DNA of 64,000 bases, taken from contig NC_073410.1 in the NCBI RefSeq assembly GCF_028641065.1, forward strand, positions 13,578,001 to 13,642,000. Direction: 5' to 3'. How positions within the stretch are numbered: position 1 is the first letter of the stretch; each line of letters starts with the position of its first letter. This DNA comes from Leucoraja erinacea (lineage: Eukaryota). Both the position numbers and the translations under genes were made by a program. Under the pieces are notes generated by a model. The model ran no database searches. It saw only the letters and a list, made by a program, of their open reading frames with translations, and had not been told where the DNA came from. Below, in pieces: positions 35,701-48,559 of this stretch.

Positions 35701-38700
35701 GAAAATCTATGGCGCCATCGAAAACGGTCAACCCCAGGTCATCTGTAGCGGCTTCCTTGACTTAAACATTTTTGCTTAAATGTTTAGTTTGGAAACTTTT
35801 ATGTGAATGAAGGGGTTTCTTCTTAGTTAGGAATATGTCTAGAGGCGTCAATGCCTTACCGGGTCGCCGTGCATAAGCTCCTTAGCGCTGTGGCCGCCAA
35901 CTCCCAGCTGGGGCTCTAATTTGGTTGTAGCTCCGGGTTGCTGGACCCCTGGCGAGAACTCCCAATGTTGATCTTCAGCGCTGGGATACCAGCGGGAAGC
36001 CTGGTACCGGTTCGCTGTTTAGCTTCCCAGAAAGCAGTCGGGCGGCTATGAACCTTTGAGCGCCTTGTGAAAGGAAATTGGCTCCGCATCAGGTAGGGGA
36101 CTAAGATTTAAAGACCAGCATTGTCTAACTGACTAACATAGATGCAATTTCAAATGAAGGTTTCTTCAGGAATATTGTCTAACGTGCATGTGCAATTAAT
36201 CTAATTTGGCTGGGGTTGCATGGATAGAACCAATTGATCTTCAGTATGCCTGGTAGTTGCTCTTTATTTCCCAGAAAGCATCTACCTATTTGCTTGAGAA
36301 ATTGGCAGGATGGAAGCAGTTGTAGAATGGCAGCTTTATACTGACAATGACGAAAGCACTAAATCGAGTTGGGCCGAAGTCTGTTTTAGTGCTCTGTGAC
36401 TATTAATATATGTGTCTTTTTACAATACTGCACACATAAATGTGACAAATGGGGTCAAATTTCAAATTCCTTCAAAAACGTTGACAAGCACTTTATTGGG
36501 TTCATGACTAACATAGTCTCAACAACAAATATTAGAAAATATAGCATATTGATGGCAAGTTTTCAAAAATGGCATCAGAATACACAAATACACTTTGTGT
36601 AACGGTTGTTGCGTGGTGTCCACCAGTGACCTGGTTGGCACAGTAAGTACACATATTTCTTATTAATTTCTATGTTTATGAATACCACATGGAACAATAA
36701 AATTGCAAACACCGTTTCCACTTCATTCACCTGATCATTTAGTAGAATACTGCATCCATCTAAGTGGACACCGCAAAGTGCGCTACACAAACGATTGTTG
36801 TGGTGGACACTAAAAGGTTTGGTGAACCCAGAAAACGAATGTTACATTATTAGCGAGAACCAAGCATTTTCACCAATACGATCAAAACGGTATATTACCT
36901 TATGTATTTGTGCTGTCGATGGCCGATGATTCGTCATATCGTTTGATTTGTGCTGATTTTTTTGTAAGTAAAATGTCTCCGTAACGGTCTTCCAGTTGCG
37001 GAGCTTCCAGTGGTTGGCACAAAGGAATGAAGTTGGCGACTTGGTCCGTACGACAGGTAAACAAGTGACGGTGTGTGGCCAAATTGAAGATTAGCTCAGT
37101 TTCTTAGTTTTGATAACCGATTTATGTCCAAAAATGTATTTAAGTGATTTCAAAAAAGTTGGAAAATATATCGTAAACAGTCATTGCGTTTTTGACACCA
37201 TGATGTTTTTGATATATTAAATTGAAAAAAAAAAAAAAAATAATTAACTCACCCATAGATCACCTGTACCATAGGATACCTCGGGGTGTTTGAAAAGCAT
37301 TAGAGCTTTGGAACCTCCGTGGTTTAACTTACGGACGTACCGACCCTGATAACGGTCGTTGTGACAATGGACACCAAGCACAACGATCGTTACTGTACTG
37401 TATTACCTTTATGTCACTGTATTTTTCTCCTAGTATAGATGAAGATATTTCCCTAAACCATTATCAAAACGTATGAGAGGCCATATGAAGTTTATTTATG
37501 AATTAAATATTCATGACTAAATGTGGCAGCGTTTTTAATGAAACACTTGATGTCCAAAATTGTGGGAAATCGCTGAAGATTTGTCTATTATGACAAAAGT
37601 GGTTAGCTAATTTGGTGAAGTTATCTAATTTATATTTGCTATATTTGAGGTTTCACTTGGATAGATTTTTGTTATGAACAGCGTATTAGTGTAAAAAAGT
37701 GAATACTAATCTTGTTTGTCAAAAACTCTCCAGTATTGTAAAAAGACACATGAAATGTAATTATCGTTTCTTTGAATTGGTGCCACGTAAGATGAAGGAA
37801 ATTTAGTAACAAATGTGAAACTAAACAGACCTGATTTCCTTGGTGATCAATATAAATCTCAGATACAACCTGCTTAACTGGAAATGACGCCCGGTCTCTA
37901 TTCAAAGATAATAGCACAAACATGTTGGTGGTTATGACGTGAAATTATTGTCTCTACACTGGAACTGAGATCAGACTCTTCATTATGGAAGTGTGAGGTT
38001 AATTGTGAACATTCAGACGCTGCTCTCAGTATTAGTCTGCTCCTGTACAAGATGTGTGGTTAAGATCCTTGTAAATGGAAACCTGTTTTTTGAAATCCCA
38101 GAACATCAACTTATTCTTCCTGTTAAAGTTTTTTTTTAAATAGTTAACACTGAATTGAATTGAATAATTTATTGTCACATGCAGCAAGTCACAATGAAAT
38201 TCTTTGCTTACATACCCAAGGTATGCAAATAGTCACCATGTAAAGGGTGCTGACAAAATTACAAAGTATCCCGCGCCAAGTTTGAATGAGTGAAACAATG
38301 CTGCCCTTATTCATAAGTCTTTCTGAACATTTCCTTGACCACAATATTGTGGTTTACTTTGCTCAATAATGGGTGTCAGAGGTTATAGGTGGAAGGCAGG
38401 GAGAATAGGGTTGGAAGAAAGGTATAGATCAGCCATAATTGAATGGCAGAGTAGACTTGATGGGCCAAATGGCCTAATTCTACTCCCATCTCTTATGATC
38501 TTGTGATAACATTACAAGTTCCGTGGTCTTTAAAAATTCTCTATTGTTGCTCAACCTGCTTCATGATATCAATGATAGACACAAAGTGCTGGAGTAACTC
38601 AGCTGGTCAGGCAGCATCTCTGGAGAAAACGGATGGGTAATGTTTCTGGTCGGAACCCTTCTTTAGATGATATCAAATGTTACCGAGTGCAATCAATCCC

Positions 38701-40047
38701 GTTTGGTTGATGATCGATGGAAGCTGATTTTGGGAAAGGAGGGGCATTACAGATTAACAGATCTTTGTATGCTGCTTTCTTTGAGGGCTGAACATTGCCA
38801 CTGGCTGTAAATTCTCGGACTTGGATTATTTCAGTAGATATATTTGGCTGTACATTAGGTTTAGGTTTATTATTACCGTTACATGTACTGATGTATAGTG
38901 AAAAGCTTTGTTTTGCATTCTATCCAATAAAATCAGATTATACCATACTTAAATGCAGTCAAGCCAGATTATACCATACATAACTGCAACTCAAGTACCC
39001 TGTACAATAGATAGAGCAAAGTGAAGATAAAGAGTGCAGAATATAATTCTCAGCATTGCAGCGCACCAGTTCCAGAGATAAAGTCCAATGTCTGCAGTGG
39101 GGTAGAGGTGAATTGGACAGTATCCTAGCCTGATAACAGAGTGGAGGTTTGGAGGTTTAATGTTCCACTAATCTAAAATCTCAACTAAAACCATTCTGAT
39201 GCATGGTTTATACATGAGTTTTTCACCATTCGAGATGTACACAAGAATGCTTGCATTTAGTGCTGAATTTTCTCATTGTGGTTCGTATTTGGGCTATGCA
39301 AAATAATGATTAGACACAATCTAATGAATCATCTGCATTTTAAAATAAACGTTTCTTAATGCTTTCCTCCTTCTTGAGCAGACTGTGAAAATGGATATCT
39401 GTGGCTTTATTTACAAGGATTTAAACATGTTGTTAACAGTGATTGTTTTGTACAATATTAACTTCTAAATCTAATGGAGATTGTGGATGAGGGCAAAATC
39501 CAAGTAATTTGCTGAGCGTGTCTTAAAAATAAACTTTTACCTTCCAGCTGGAAGGGATCTTGTGTTATTTACTGATTGTGTCATGCCACCTCTCCCTTTG
39601 TTGAGAAACTATTTTTGCAGTTAAATGCTTGGGTGGGGGAGGGAGTTCAGAGGTTTTTTACAGTATTTAGATCAAACAAAGATTTCCAATTGTCAATGAG
39701 AAAAATTGTCTGCTATCACTCACTTTACTACATTAAGTCTAAAATGAATGGATTTCTTTCTATGGAGAAGAGAAGACTATTGGTTCACCCAATTAGCAGA
39801 TTGTAAAACTATGAAGGTGTTCAATAAGGTGGTTTTAAATCTGATTTTCCTCATGGGGCCCAGATCTATACATGTAATTATAGTCACAAATTCCATGAAG
39901 AAATCGCAGGAATATGGACCTTCCTGCCATGTGACAAGATAAAATAGATTAGATATATATGCTGGCAGATTAGATGTTTTCAGATGGAAACAGGGTTGTT
40001 TAAACTCCAGTGTCATTATTTGGACTTAATAGTAGTTTCAGTTGTAG

Positions 40048-40201
40048 AGAAAAATGCTGGAGAAACTCAGCGGGTGAGGCAGCATTTATGGAGCGAATGA
40101 AATAGGTGACGTTTCAGGTCGAGACCCTTCTTCACCTGCCGAGTTTCTCCAGCATTTTTGTCTACCTTCAATTTTCTAACATCTGCAGTTCCTTCTTAAA
40201 C
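40048..40201. mobile_element. Palindromic (inverted-pair) Penelope-derived short element
   Basis: aaaaatgctggagaaactc ... gagtttctccagcattttt inverted arms; 17-bp TSD agtagtttcagttgtag at 40031-40047 and 40202-40218. Confidence 0.8.
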
Positions 40202-40464
40202 AGTAGTTTCAGTTGTAGTTGTTTCTCATTGAATAGTCTTGCACGATAATCAGGTAAAGCACAAACCACCAGATTCAGGAGCAGCTTCTTCCCTGCTGTT
40301 ATCAGACCACTGCACAGACCTCCCACAAGCTAGGGCGTAGTCCTGTATTCCAATTTACTGCATTATGAACAAAAATTCAATAAATTAATAATCTCAATAC
40401 TAATGCAAGAAAAACCAACGTTTCTGGTGCAACCAAAGACAGTCCATTGTTCATAGCTGAAGTT

Positions 40465-41230
40465 AGCATTGTGTAGTGTTCAAGAACTTGATGGTTGTTG
40501 GGAAGAAGCAATTCTTGAATCTGGTGATCACGGTTTTCAAACTCTTATCTTCCCGATGGTAGGCGTAAAATGAGAACATGGCCAGGGTTGTTTGCGTCTT
40601 TGATACTGGCAGCCTTATTGAGGTGGTGTCTCTTGTAGATCCCTTTGATGATGGGGAGTTGGTATCTATGATGGACCGGGTAGTGTCCAGCACTTTTTGT
40701 AATCGCCTTTGATCGTGGATTTTCAAGCTGCCGAGCCAGGTCGTGATACAACCAGTCAATATGCTCTGTATCATAGACCTCGACAAAGTTCAAGAGAGTT
40801 TTTGCCGATGTACTGAATCTCCTCAATCTTCTCAAGAAATAGAGGTGTTGATGGGCTTTCTTCTGCTTGTATAACTATTCAGGGACCAGGGCAGATCTTC
40901 AGAGATGTGCACGTCCATGAACTTGAACTTGTCTTTCCTCTGCCAACCTGTCGATTAAATCAAGTTCTAAAATCACCTGTCAGCTCCTTGGTCTTGCTGA
41001 TTGTTGTTCTCGCACCTTTCAATCTCCCTCCTATACGCATTGTTACCTGTTATTTATCCAACAGTGGTGATATTGTCGGCGAATTTAAAGATGGCATTGG
41101 AACTGTGTATGTAGAGCAAGGGACTGATCACACAGCCCTGAGGTGCTTGTTATCGAGGAGAAAGTATTGTTGCCAATTCATTTTGATTATAGTCTATCAA
41201 GGAGGAAATTGAGGATCCAGTTGCGAAGGG
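40465..41230 (-). mobile_element. Degenerate Rex1/Babar-like LINE fragment
   Basis: ORF remnants 'RRLRRFS.SAKTLLNF', 'IQSILTGCITTWLG', 'TRFKNCFFPTTIKFLN'. Confidence 0.75.
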
Positions 41231-41959
41231 ATGAGAGACCTAGTTGCATCTCAGTCCAAAGATGGGGCTCGACAGAAACGTCACCCATTCCTCTCGAGAT
41301 GCTGCCCCCGCTGAGTTACTCCAGCATTTTGTGTCTATCTTTGGTTTAAACCAGCATCTACCGTTCCTTCCTACACTTAGTTCCCGCAGTTTGATAACGT
41401 TTGGAGGTGATGGTGTTGAACGCTGATCTGTAGTTGATGAATAACAGCCTGACGTGAGTGTTCTTATTGTCTAAGTGGTCCAATTGAGAGCCAGTGAAAT
41501 CGCATCTCTGTTATCTATTAGCATGCAAACAAAACTTTTCACTCTATCTTGGTACACGTGGCAATAATAAAGGATACAAAAGGTATTAGTCAAGCAACGG
41601 CATAATCTCTGCAAAGAGATTGAAGGCCAAAGATGAATATACCCTGAAGTAAACTATGCTACTCAAACGTGACTAACCTCTCCAAAACAAGTCAAATAAA
41701 GACAATTAAGTAGATGTTTGGATGTTGGGGGCATGTGAGTTGGTGACATTAAATTGGGAAATGTTGATTAAAATATATGTCATTGTTAAATAGTGGTAAA
41801 CATCTAACTATATAGCAATTCTCAATGACTGCCCAATCATCGGTTAATTAAAAGCTATTGATGGTATTGGATTGAAGTTGCAAAAAATCTACATTTTGAG
41901 AGAATTTAGAAATATTGATAAAGGTAAAGTAAATAAAATGCTAGTAAGCTAACAGATTA

Positions 41960-42705
41960 CTACCTAAATAGCGTCAAGTTGGGGAAAATGGGAAGTACAA
42001 CGGGATCTGGGGGGTCCTTGTACATCAGTCTATGAAAGTAAGCATGCAGGTACAGCAGGCAGTGAAGAAAGCGAATGGCATGTTGGCCTTTATAACAAGA
42101 GGAATCGAATATAGGAGCAAATAGGTCGTTCTGCAGTTGTACAGAGCCCTAGTGCGACCACACCTGGAATATTGTGCGCAGTTTTGGTCCCCTAATTAGA
42201 GGGAGGACATTCTTTCTATTGAGGGGGTGCAGCGTAGGTTTACAAGGTTAAATCCTGGGATGGCGGGACTGTCATGTGCTGAGAGAATGGAGCAGCTGGG
42301 CTTGTACACTCTGTGGAGTTTAGAAGGATGAGAGGTGATTCCTCATTGAAACATATAAGATTGTTAAGGGCTTGGACACGTTGGAGGCAGGAAATATGTT
42401 CCCAATGTCGGGGGAGTCCAGAACCAGGGGCCACAGTTTAAGACTAAGGAGTAAGCCATTTAGAATGGAGACAAGGAAACACTTTTTCTCACAGAGAGTG
42501 ATGAGTCTGTGGAATTCTCTGCCTCAGAGGGCAGTGGAGGCAGGTTCTCTGGATACTTTCAAGAGAGAGCTAGATAGGGCTCTTAAAAATAGCGGAATCA
42601 GGGGATATGGGGAGAAGGCAGGAACGGGGTACTGATCGGGGATGATCAGCCATGACATTGGCTCGAAGGGCCAAATGGCCTACTCCTGCGCCTATTGTCT
42701 ATTGT
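41960..42705 (+). mobile_element. CR1-type LINE 3' fragment
   Basis: 'gccctagtgcgaccacacctggaatattgtgcgcagttttgg' (LVRPHLEYC.QFW) and 'SRTRGHSL..FFSQRV.SLWNSLP' with a (ctattgt)n tail. Confidence 0.88.
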
Positions 42706-43439
42706 AAGGAATTAAGTCAAATATCTTGTTGGACTTTACATTAAAAACTCTTAAAAACATTAATAACGTAACCAAGAGCAAAGAAAATGAAGATGTTTGA
42801 GAATTTAATTTGGTAAAGAAAAATCATTAGCATGTTAGTTCAGATTAGCTCTATAATAGGACATTCTGATATTGGAATTTCACCCTTACTGAATTCATGA
42901 ATCATTACCCAAAAATTTGAGCTGGATTTAGGATTCACTCCCACGGAACTAATGTGAATGAAAGTAAACACAAAGTTTATTTTCTTCCAACTTTTTTTTC
43001 TTGATGCCTGCTCAGGCATGCCACTAATCGTTTTCTAGGAACCCATCTACTGCAGAACTTGGAGGTCAGCTGCACCAGCAGTCTGCAAAGCAAGATAGAA
43101 CAGAAAACAGTACAGCACAGGAGCAGGCCCTTCAGCCCACGATATTCATGCCAAACATGACAACAAATTAAACTAATCTCTGCCTGCATATGATCGATAT
43201 CTCACCATTCCTTGCATATCCATGTGTCTACCTGAAGGCCTCATAAATGGCACTATTGTATCTGCCCCCACCAATAGCAGCTCATTCCAGGTACTACCAC
43301 TATGTTTAAAAAAAAGCTCTACACATCCACTGTGAACTTTGCCCCTCTTGCCTTAATGCTGTGCCCTCTAGTCTTTTTCCCACCAAGCTAAAAGGTTATG
43401 CCAGTCTAGTCTCTAAAATGCCTCCATCACTAACATTTA

Positions 43440-43598
43440 TATGATTCTCCCGGTCTGGCAGCTGCTCCAGACTTTTCAAGCCGCCCGCGCTACCTACCTA
43501 ATCTACGCTAAAAATCTTCCATTCTGAAATCCGAAAATGTCCGAAATCCGACAAGTGTCTGGTCCCAAGGCTTTCGGATAAAAGGTTGTGCACCTGTA
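43440..43598. mobile_element. One end of a Tc1/mariner (pogo/Tigger-like) non-autonomous element
   Basis: Ends 'ttcggataaaaggttgtgcacctg|TA' with internal tccgaaa repeats; the other end is missing. Confidence 0.5.
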
Positions 43599-44950
43599 CT
43601 ACCACTATGTTTAAAGCTCCACACATCCACTGTGAAATTTGCCCCTCTTGCCTTAATGCTGTGCCCTCTAGTCTTTTTCCCACCAAGCTAAAAGGTTATG
43701 CCAGTCTAGTCTCTATGCCTCATCATTTTATATATGGCAAACATGTAGGTTAAATGAGTTTGTAAAATAATGGGAAATCTGAGATTATCCACTTTGGTAA
43801 GAAGAATGGAGAAGTGGGGCAATATTTAGATAGCATGAGAGAATTAGATGTGCAGGTAAACTGCAGATGCTGGTTTAAATCGAAGATAGACACAAAATAC
43901 TGGAGTAATTCAGCAGGACAGGCAGTATCTCTGGAGAGATGGAATGGATGACGTTTCGGGTCGAGACCTTTCTTCAGACTGATGTCAGGGGAATGGGCAG
44001 TAGAGATATAAAATGAGAGAATTAGATGTTGGTTTTCAGAAAGAAATTAGTGTTTCTTTACGAAAAATGTTAGTGTTCGGGCATGGCAAGCAAATACAAA
44101 GGAATAACGGATCGAGCAAAAGAGTAAGTCTGGACATGGCATTGACTCCAAATCTGGAGGAGAGTACACAGTAATGTCCAACCTCGCATGATAGTTAATT
44201 GTAACAAACAATCCAGGCAGCATTCTGGTATAAGGGTTTCGGCCCGAAACGTTGCCTATCTCCTTCGTTCCATAGATGCTGCTGCACCCGCTGAGTTTCT
44301 CCAGCATTTTTGTGTACCAGTGTTCAGGTAAACCTCTTTTTGCCCATTTCTAACTTGCAACTCAAAATTAAAGTCCTTCCTAATGTTGCCTGGGGAAGCA
44401 TACAACTTCCTTCCATGATTTTGATGAACAATGCAGGCTTGTGCTTCTATGTACCGTCTGTCAGCTGTGTTTCATTTGGAGAAGATGACAAACATCTCTC
44501 TGGCTTGTTGCCTCTGCAAGTGCCCACATGAACAACTACAATCTCTTATCCAACTCTTTCAGCTTTTCTCTCCCCCCTCCCACGCCCCCTCCCAGTCTGA
44601 AGAAGGGCACCGCGAAACGTCACCTATCCATCTAGCCCGTTGGATCTTTTCTAGTAAACCAGCATCTGTACTTCCTTGTTTCTGAAATCTCTTATCTCCC
44701 AGAAAGCTTGCTTCACCTACAGCTTCTTGCACATCGGAATGAAAGCAAAAAACAAGGAAACGTTCAAGGCAAGTTGGGATTTGTGAAGAATGCAGATAAA
44801 TTAAAACTTTAGGTTGTTTGCCAGCACCTGCCTTTTTCTTGGTTCTTGCACCTAAATGCTCATGTTAATGTTTGCAAATGCTGCTCAAAAGAGAGCTTAT
44901 CCCCTTTGTGTTATTGATGATAGAAATGGTGAGTGAATTAATTCATGAGA

Positions 44951-45145
44951 CTTGCTGGAGTAACTCAGCGGGACTGGCACCATCTCTGGAGATGAGAAAT
45001 GGGACCCTTCAGTTTGAAGAAGGGTCTCGACCCAAAACGTCACCCATTCCTCATCTCCAAAGATGCCGCCTGTCCCGCTGAGTTACTCCAGCATTTTTGT
45101 GTCTATCTTCGGTGTAAACCAGCATCTGCAGCTCTTTCCTACACT
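44951..45145. mobile_element. Palindromic Penelope-derived short element just upstream of the NCOA4 TATA promoter
   Basis: Inverted arms tgctggagtaactcagcgggac / gtcccgctgagttactccagca; 9-bp TSD ttcatgaga at 44942-44950 and 45146-45154. Confidence 0.75.
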
Positions 45146-45364
45146 TTCATGAGATGTTTGTTCGCCTTAACCTGATTTATTTAAATGTCAAATACTTTTT
45201 TTGTGGAAGTGGCATTGCGGATGGTCGAAGTTGCCTTTTTTTGGGAAAATTTTTGCAAAGTTGGTCAATCTTATCTGAGCAGCTGTGCACTCACTCCCAG
45301 TCCTGGATGCCAGTGATACAGTGTGCTGGCGATACGCCGCTGCAAGCAAGTGTTCCCCTGGCCT

Positions 45365-45480
45365 GTGTGTACGTGCACGCCGGCGATCAGCTTGTGGCGG
45401 ACTGCGTGCTGTGTGCGTGGCCCGGGTCTGCGTGACGTCAGCGCGCAGGCCAGCGTGCTGGTATAAATAGCCGCGGCGGC
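45365..45480 (+). promoter_or_regulatory. NCOA4: NCOA4 proximal promoter: TATA box, full CRE and clustered RCGTG (HRE-like) cores
   Basis: TATAAATAG at 45462, TGACGTCA at 45433-45440, TACGTG at 45370 and several GCGTG in a CpG-rich patch; candidate donors at 45504 (GAG|GTGAGG), 45548 and 45573. Confidence 0.7.
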
Positions 45481-47632
45481 CCGGTTGAGAAGCGACGGTG
45501 GAGGTGAGGGAGTCGGAGTCGGAGTGGGGGCTGTGACCGTGACCGGGGTAACTGCTGGCGTCCTGCTCACCGGTACGGTGTTGGCCTATGGCCGTGCGCT
45601 CTGAGGGACTTTCAGCCCTTTCTTTCACCCCCTTCCCCTGTGGAACCGGAGTGACTCCCACACCCGGGGCCTGCGCCCGTTGTCGGTGCCACGTTCGACG
45701 GCCCCGGTACCCCCCCCCCCCGTCTCCCCGTCTCCCTCACCCTCACCTTCAACTGCTCCGCCCTTGACTGAAGCAGCTCCTCAAGAGAGGACCCCGTCCC
45801 TCGTCAACTGAGAACGCCGCACGTTTGCTTTGCCGGGTTGCATGCAAGTACATTGTGCCTGCACTGATCGGCGACGGGGTCTGACTTCCTTCCCAGCAGA
45901 AGCTATTTCCAACTAGGTGTGCATTGTGCGTGCACAGCATTCTAAAGTGTTCAGTTTATACTAGCATACTAGTTGGTTGAAGTCAAGGAAGTGAGTTGGG
46001 GTTAAGAAGCTGTGGTTAGACCAGAGTTGGACAAGAATGCCACCCCCGCCAGCTTTGTGCAGCAGCATAAGAAATTTTAAGTGTTGTCCCATTCCACCTA
46101 AATATTTTATTTGCATGGAAAAACAAACGTCTCTGAAGATAAAGAATCAAGAGACTTCAGATGCTGGAATCTGGAGCAGCAAACAATCTGCGGAGTTCCT
46201 CCAGCTCTTTGTTTTCTGCTCAAGATTCCAGCATTGCAGTTTATTGTGTCTCCATTTTACTGCCGGAAGAACTCTGCGGGTCTGGACTGATGCAGGATTT
46301 GATCCGAAAAGTTGCATTCCTCCCCCCACCCCCCATGCTATTGTCCCGCGGAGTTTCTTCAGCAGATTGTTTGTTATCTCTCTAGACGAGTATACTTTGT
46401 TGGATTCTCCAAAAGATTTTAATCTAGGTTACTCTTATCTTCATATGATTACCCTCTGCAGGATTCTGACACATAAAATGAACTATAAACAACTTAAGGC
46501 TGGAGCCAAGAAGTCTTGATGAAAGTTTATTCTGAATATTTGTACTGGGGCATTTTGTGTGCATGCTTGGATTTAGCTTAATAACTTTTAGTTGCGAATC
46601 CTCAAACCGGCGGTGTTTTAATATTCGATGATAGACAGACACAAAATACTGGAGTAACTCAGCGGGACAGGCAGCATCTCTGGAGAGAAGGAATGGGTGA
46701 TTTGGATCGAGACCCTTTTTTAGACCTTTTAATATTCTATCAGTATAGATATTACGTTTACAGATCGGTGCTATTGTATTGGAAAATGCTTGGAATCTGC
46801 TGGTGCTATTGAGTGATAAACTGTACAGTAATCCAACTGCTGGGGTTTTGTGTCAATTAAAACATTTTAGAATTGAGTTTCAAAGTCATTTTCAGAGGGA
46901 TGACTATAGTAAATGATCTGCAAATTTAAGATATTTAAAATGCAGAATTATTGGAATTCCTCCTAGTTTGTGCATGCAAATGTCAGCTGCAATGTTCCTC
47001 AAGTTAATCGATGAGTTTGACAACTATTTGTGATCCAAAACTTTACAACCAGGTTGTTCAACAAGAATAGACACAAAAAGCTGAAGTAACTCAGCGGGAC
47101 GGGCAGCTTCTCTGGAGAGAAGGAATGGGTGACATTTCAGGTCGAGACCCTTCTTCAGACCCAAAGGGTCTCGACCCGAAACATCACCCATTCCTTCTCT
47201 CCAGAGATGCTGCCTGTCCCGTTGAGTTACTCCAGCTTTGTGTCTTTGTTTGGTTTAAACCAGCATCTGCAGTGAAGAAGGGTCTCGACCCGAAATGTCA
47301 CCCATTCTTTCTCTCCAGAGATGCTACCTGTCCCGTTGAGTTACTCCAGCTTTTTGTGTCTATTTTTGGTTTAAACCAGCATCTGCAGTTGAATAGCAAC
47401 ATTTTCTGAGGTATTTGATTATTGACACAAATTTTGGAAATAAAACCTGCGTGCACAACACTTGGAATAACATGGACATGCCATTTGTAAGTTAACTGAT
47501 TAACCTAGAGCTGCTTTTAAAGTTCTGTATTTGGTGAGGGTTGATGCAGTGCGAGACCCTCCCTGCTAATCTTGCACACCCACGTCCGCAGTTGAATTTA
47601 TCGTGACTTCCTTTTTTTCAGCTAAGACCAAG

Positions 47633-47782
47633 ATGAACCCAACACACGCCCAAGGTGGGGAAACTACCAACATCCAATTCAAGGATTCGTTAACTAACTG
47701 TATGCAGGCCAAACGAGATCTGGAAATGGCCATTAATACCATCATTCAGGCCGACCAAGAAATGAAAGCAAATAGTCATGAG
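47633..47782 (+). CDS. NCOA4: Nuclear receptor coactivator 4, first coding exon (exon starts at 47622)
   Basis: Acceptor ctttttttcag; aagATGa; MNPT...CMQAKRDLEMAINTIIQADQEMKANSHE matches the ARA70 N-terminus; donor GAG|gtaaaa. Confidence 0.92.
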
Positions 47783-48334
47783 GTAAAATAACATGTACTA
47801 TAAATAAGTGGTGGGCAACTACTAACTGGCAAATGCAATAAGGTTCATTTCACAAAGTAACTCAATAGTCTAGAGTCATACAGCATAAAATATAGGCCCT
47901 TCGGCCCAACTGGCCCAAGCCGACCTAAATGCCCCATCTAAACAAATCCCTCCTGCCTGCGCTTGGCCCATATACCTCTAAACCCATCCCATCCATGTAC
48001 TTGTCATCAATGTTTCTTAAACAATGTGATAACAGCTGCCTCAACTATCACTTCCGGCAGCTTGTTCCATACACCTACCACCCTTTGTTGGAAAAATAAA
48101 TGCTGCTCCTCAGGTTCCCATTAAATCTTTCCTCTTCCCCCCCCCCCTCTCCTCACATTCAACCTATGTCCCCTAGTTCTCGATTCCCCAAGTGTGGATA
48201 AAAGATTGTGCATTTACCCTGTCTATTTCCTATCCACGTACCCTATCTATAGTCTGTAGCGTTTCATTGTAATGTAGGTGTTTGACATTTTTTGAGAAAT
48301 GAATACCATGGTTTGGTTTCTCGTTCTTTTATAG

Positions 48335-48475
48335 GTAAAATTTCAAATTCATAGTTGTATCAGCCGTCACATGGAGTGCCTGCGGAGTAGAGAGGTTTGT
48401 CTCTTGGAGCAGATTGACCTTGTTCAACAGCTGAAAGAAGAATCCTTGCACCAACAAATTCAGCAGCTTTACTGG
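48335..48475 (+). CDS. NCOA4: NCOA4 coding exon 2 (VKFQIHSCISRHMECLRSREVCLLEQIDLVQQLKEESLHQQIQQLYW)
   Basis: Close to recalled vertebrate 'VKAQIHSCISRHLECLRSREVWL'; AG and GTAAGT boundaries, 141 nt. Confidence 0.97.
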
Positions 48476-48559
48476 GTAAGTGCTGAGTGCATTTGAGGGG
48501 TCGTGCAAAGTTTTGTTCATTGTCGACTTTTGCATTCAGTAGGGTATGGAGATAAGACG

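Noticed and set aside
32800-45300. MSMB or another coding gene expected upstream of NCOA4 from human synteny
   Set aside because: No Cys-patterned exons with compatible splice phases were found by eye; a TBLASTN would be needed to exclude a divergent copy
48331-48340. AG|GTAAAA at the start of NCOA4 coding exon 2 as a recursive splice site
   Set aside because: Explained by the conserved Val-Lys codons; the intron is only about 550 nt
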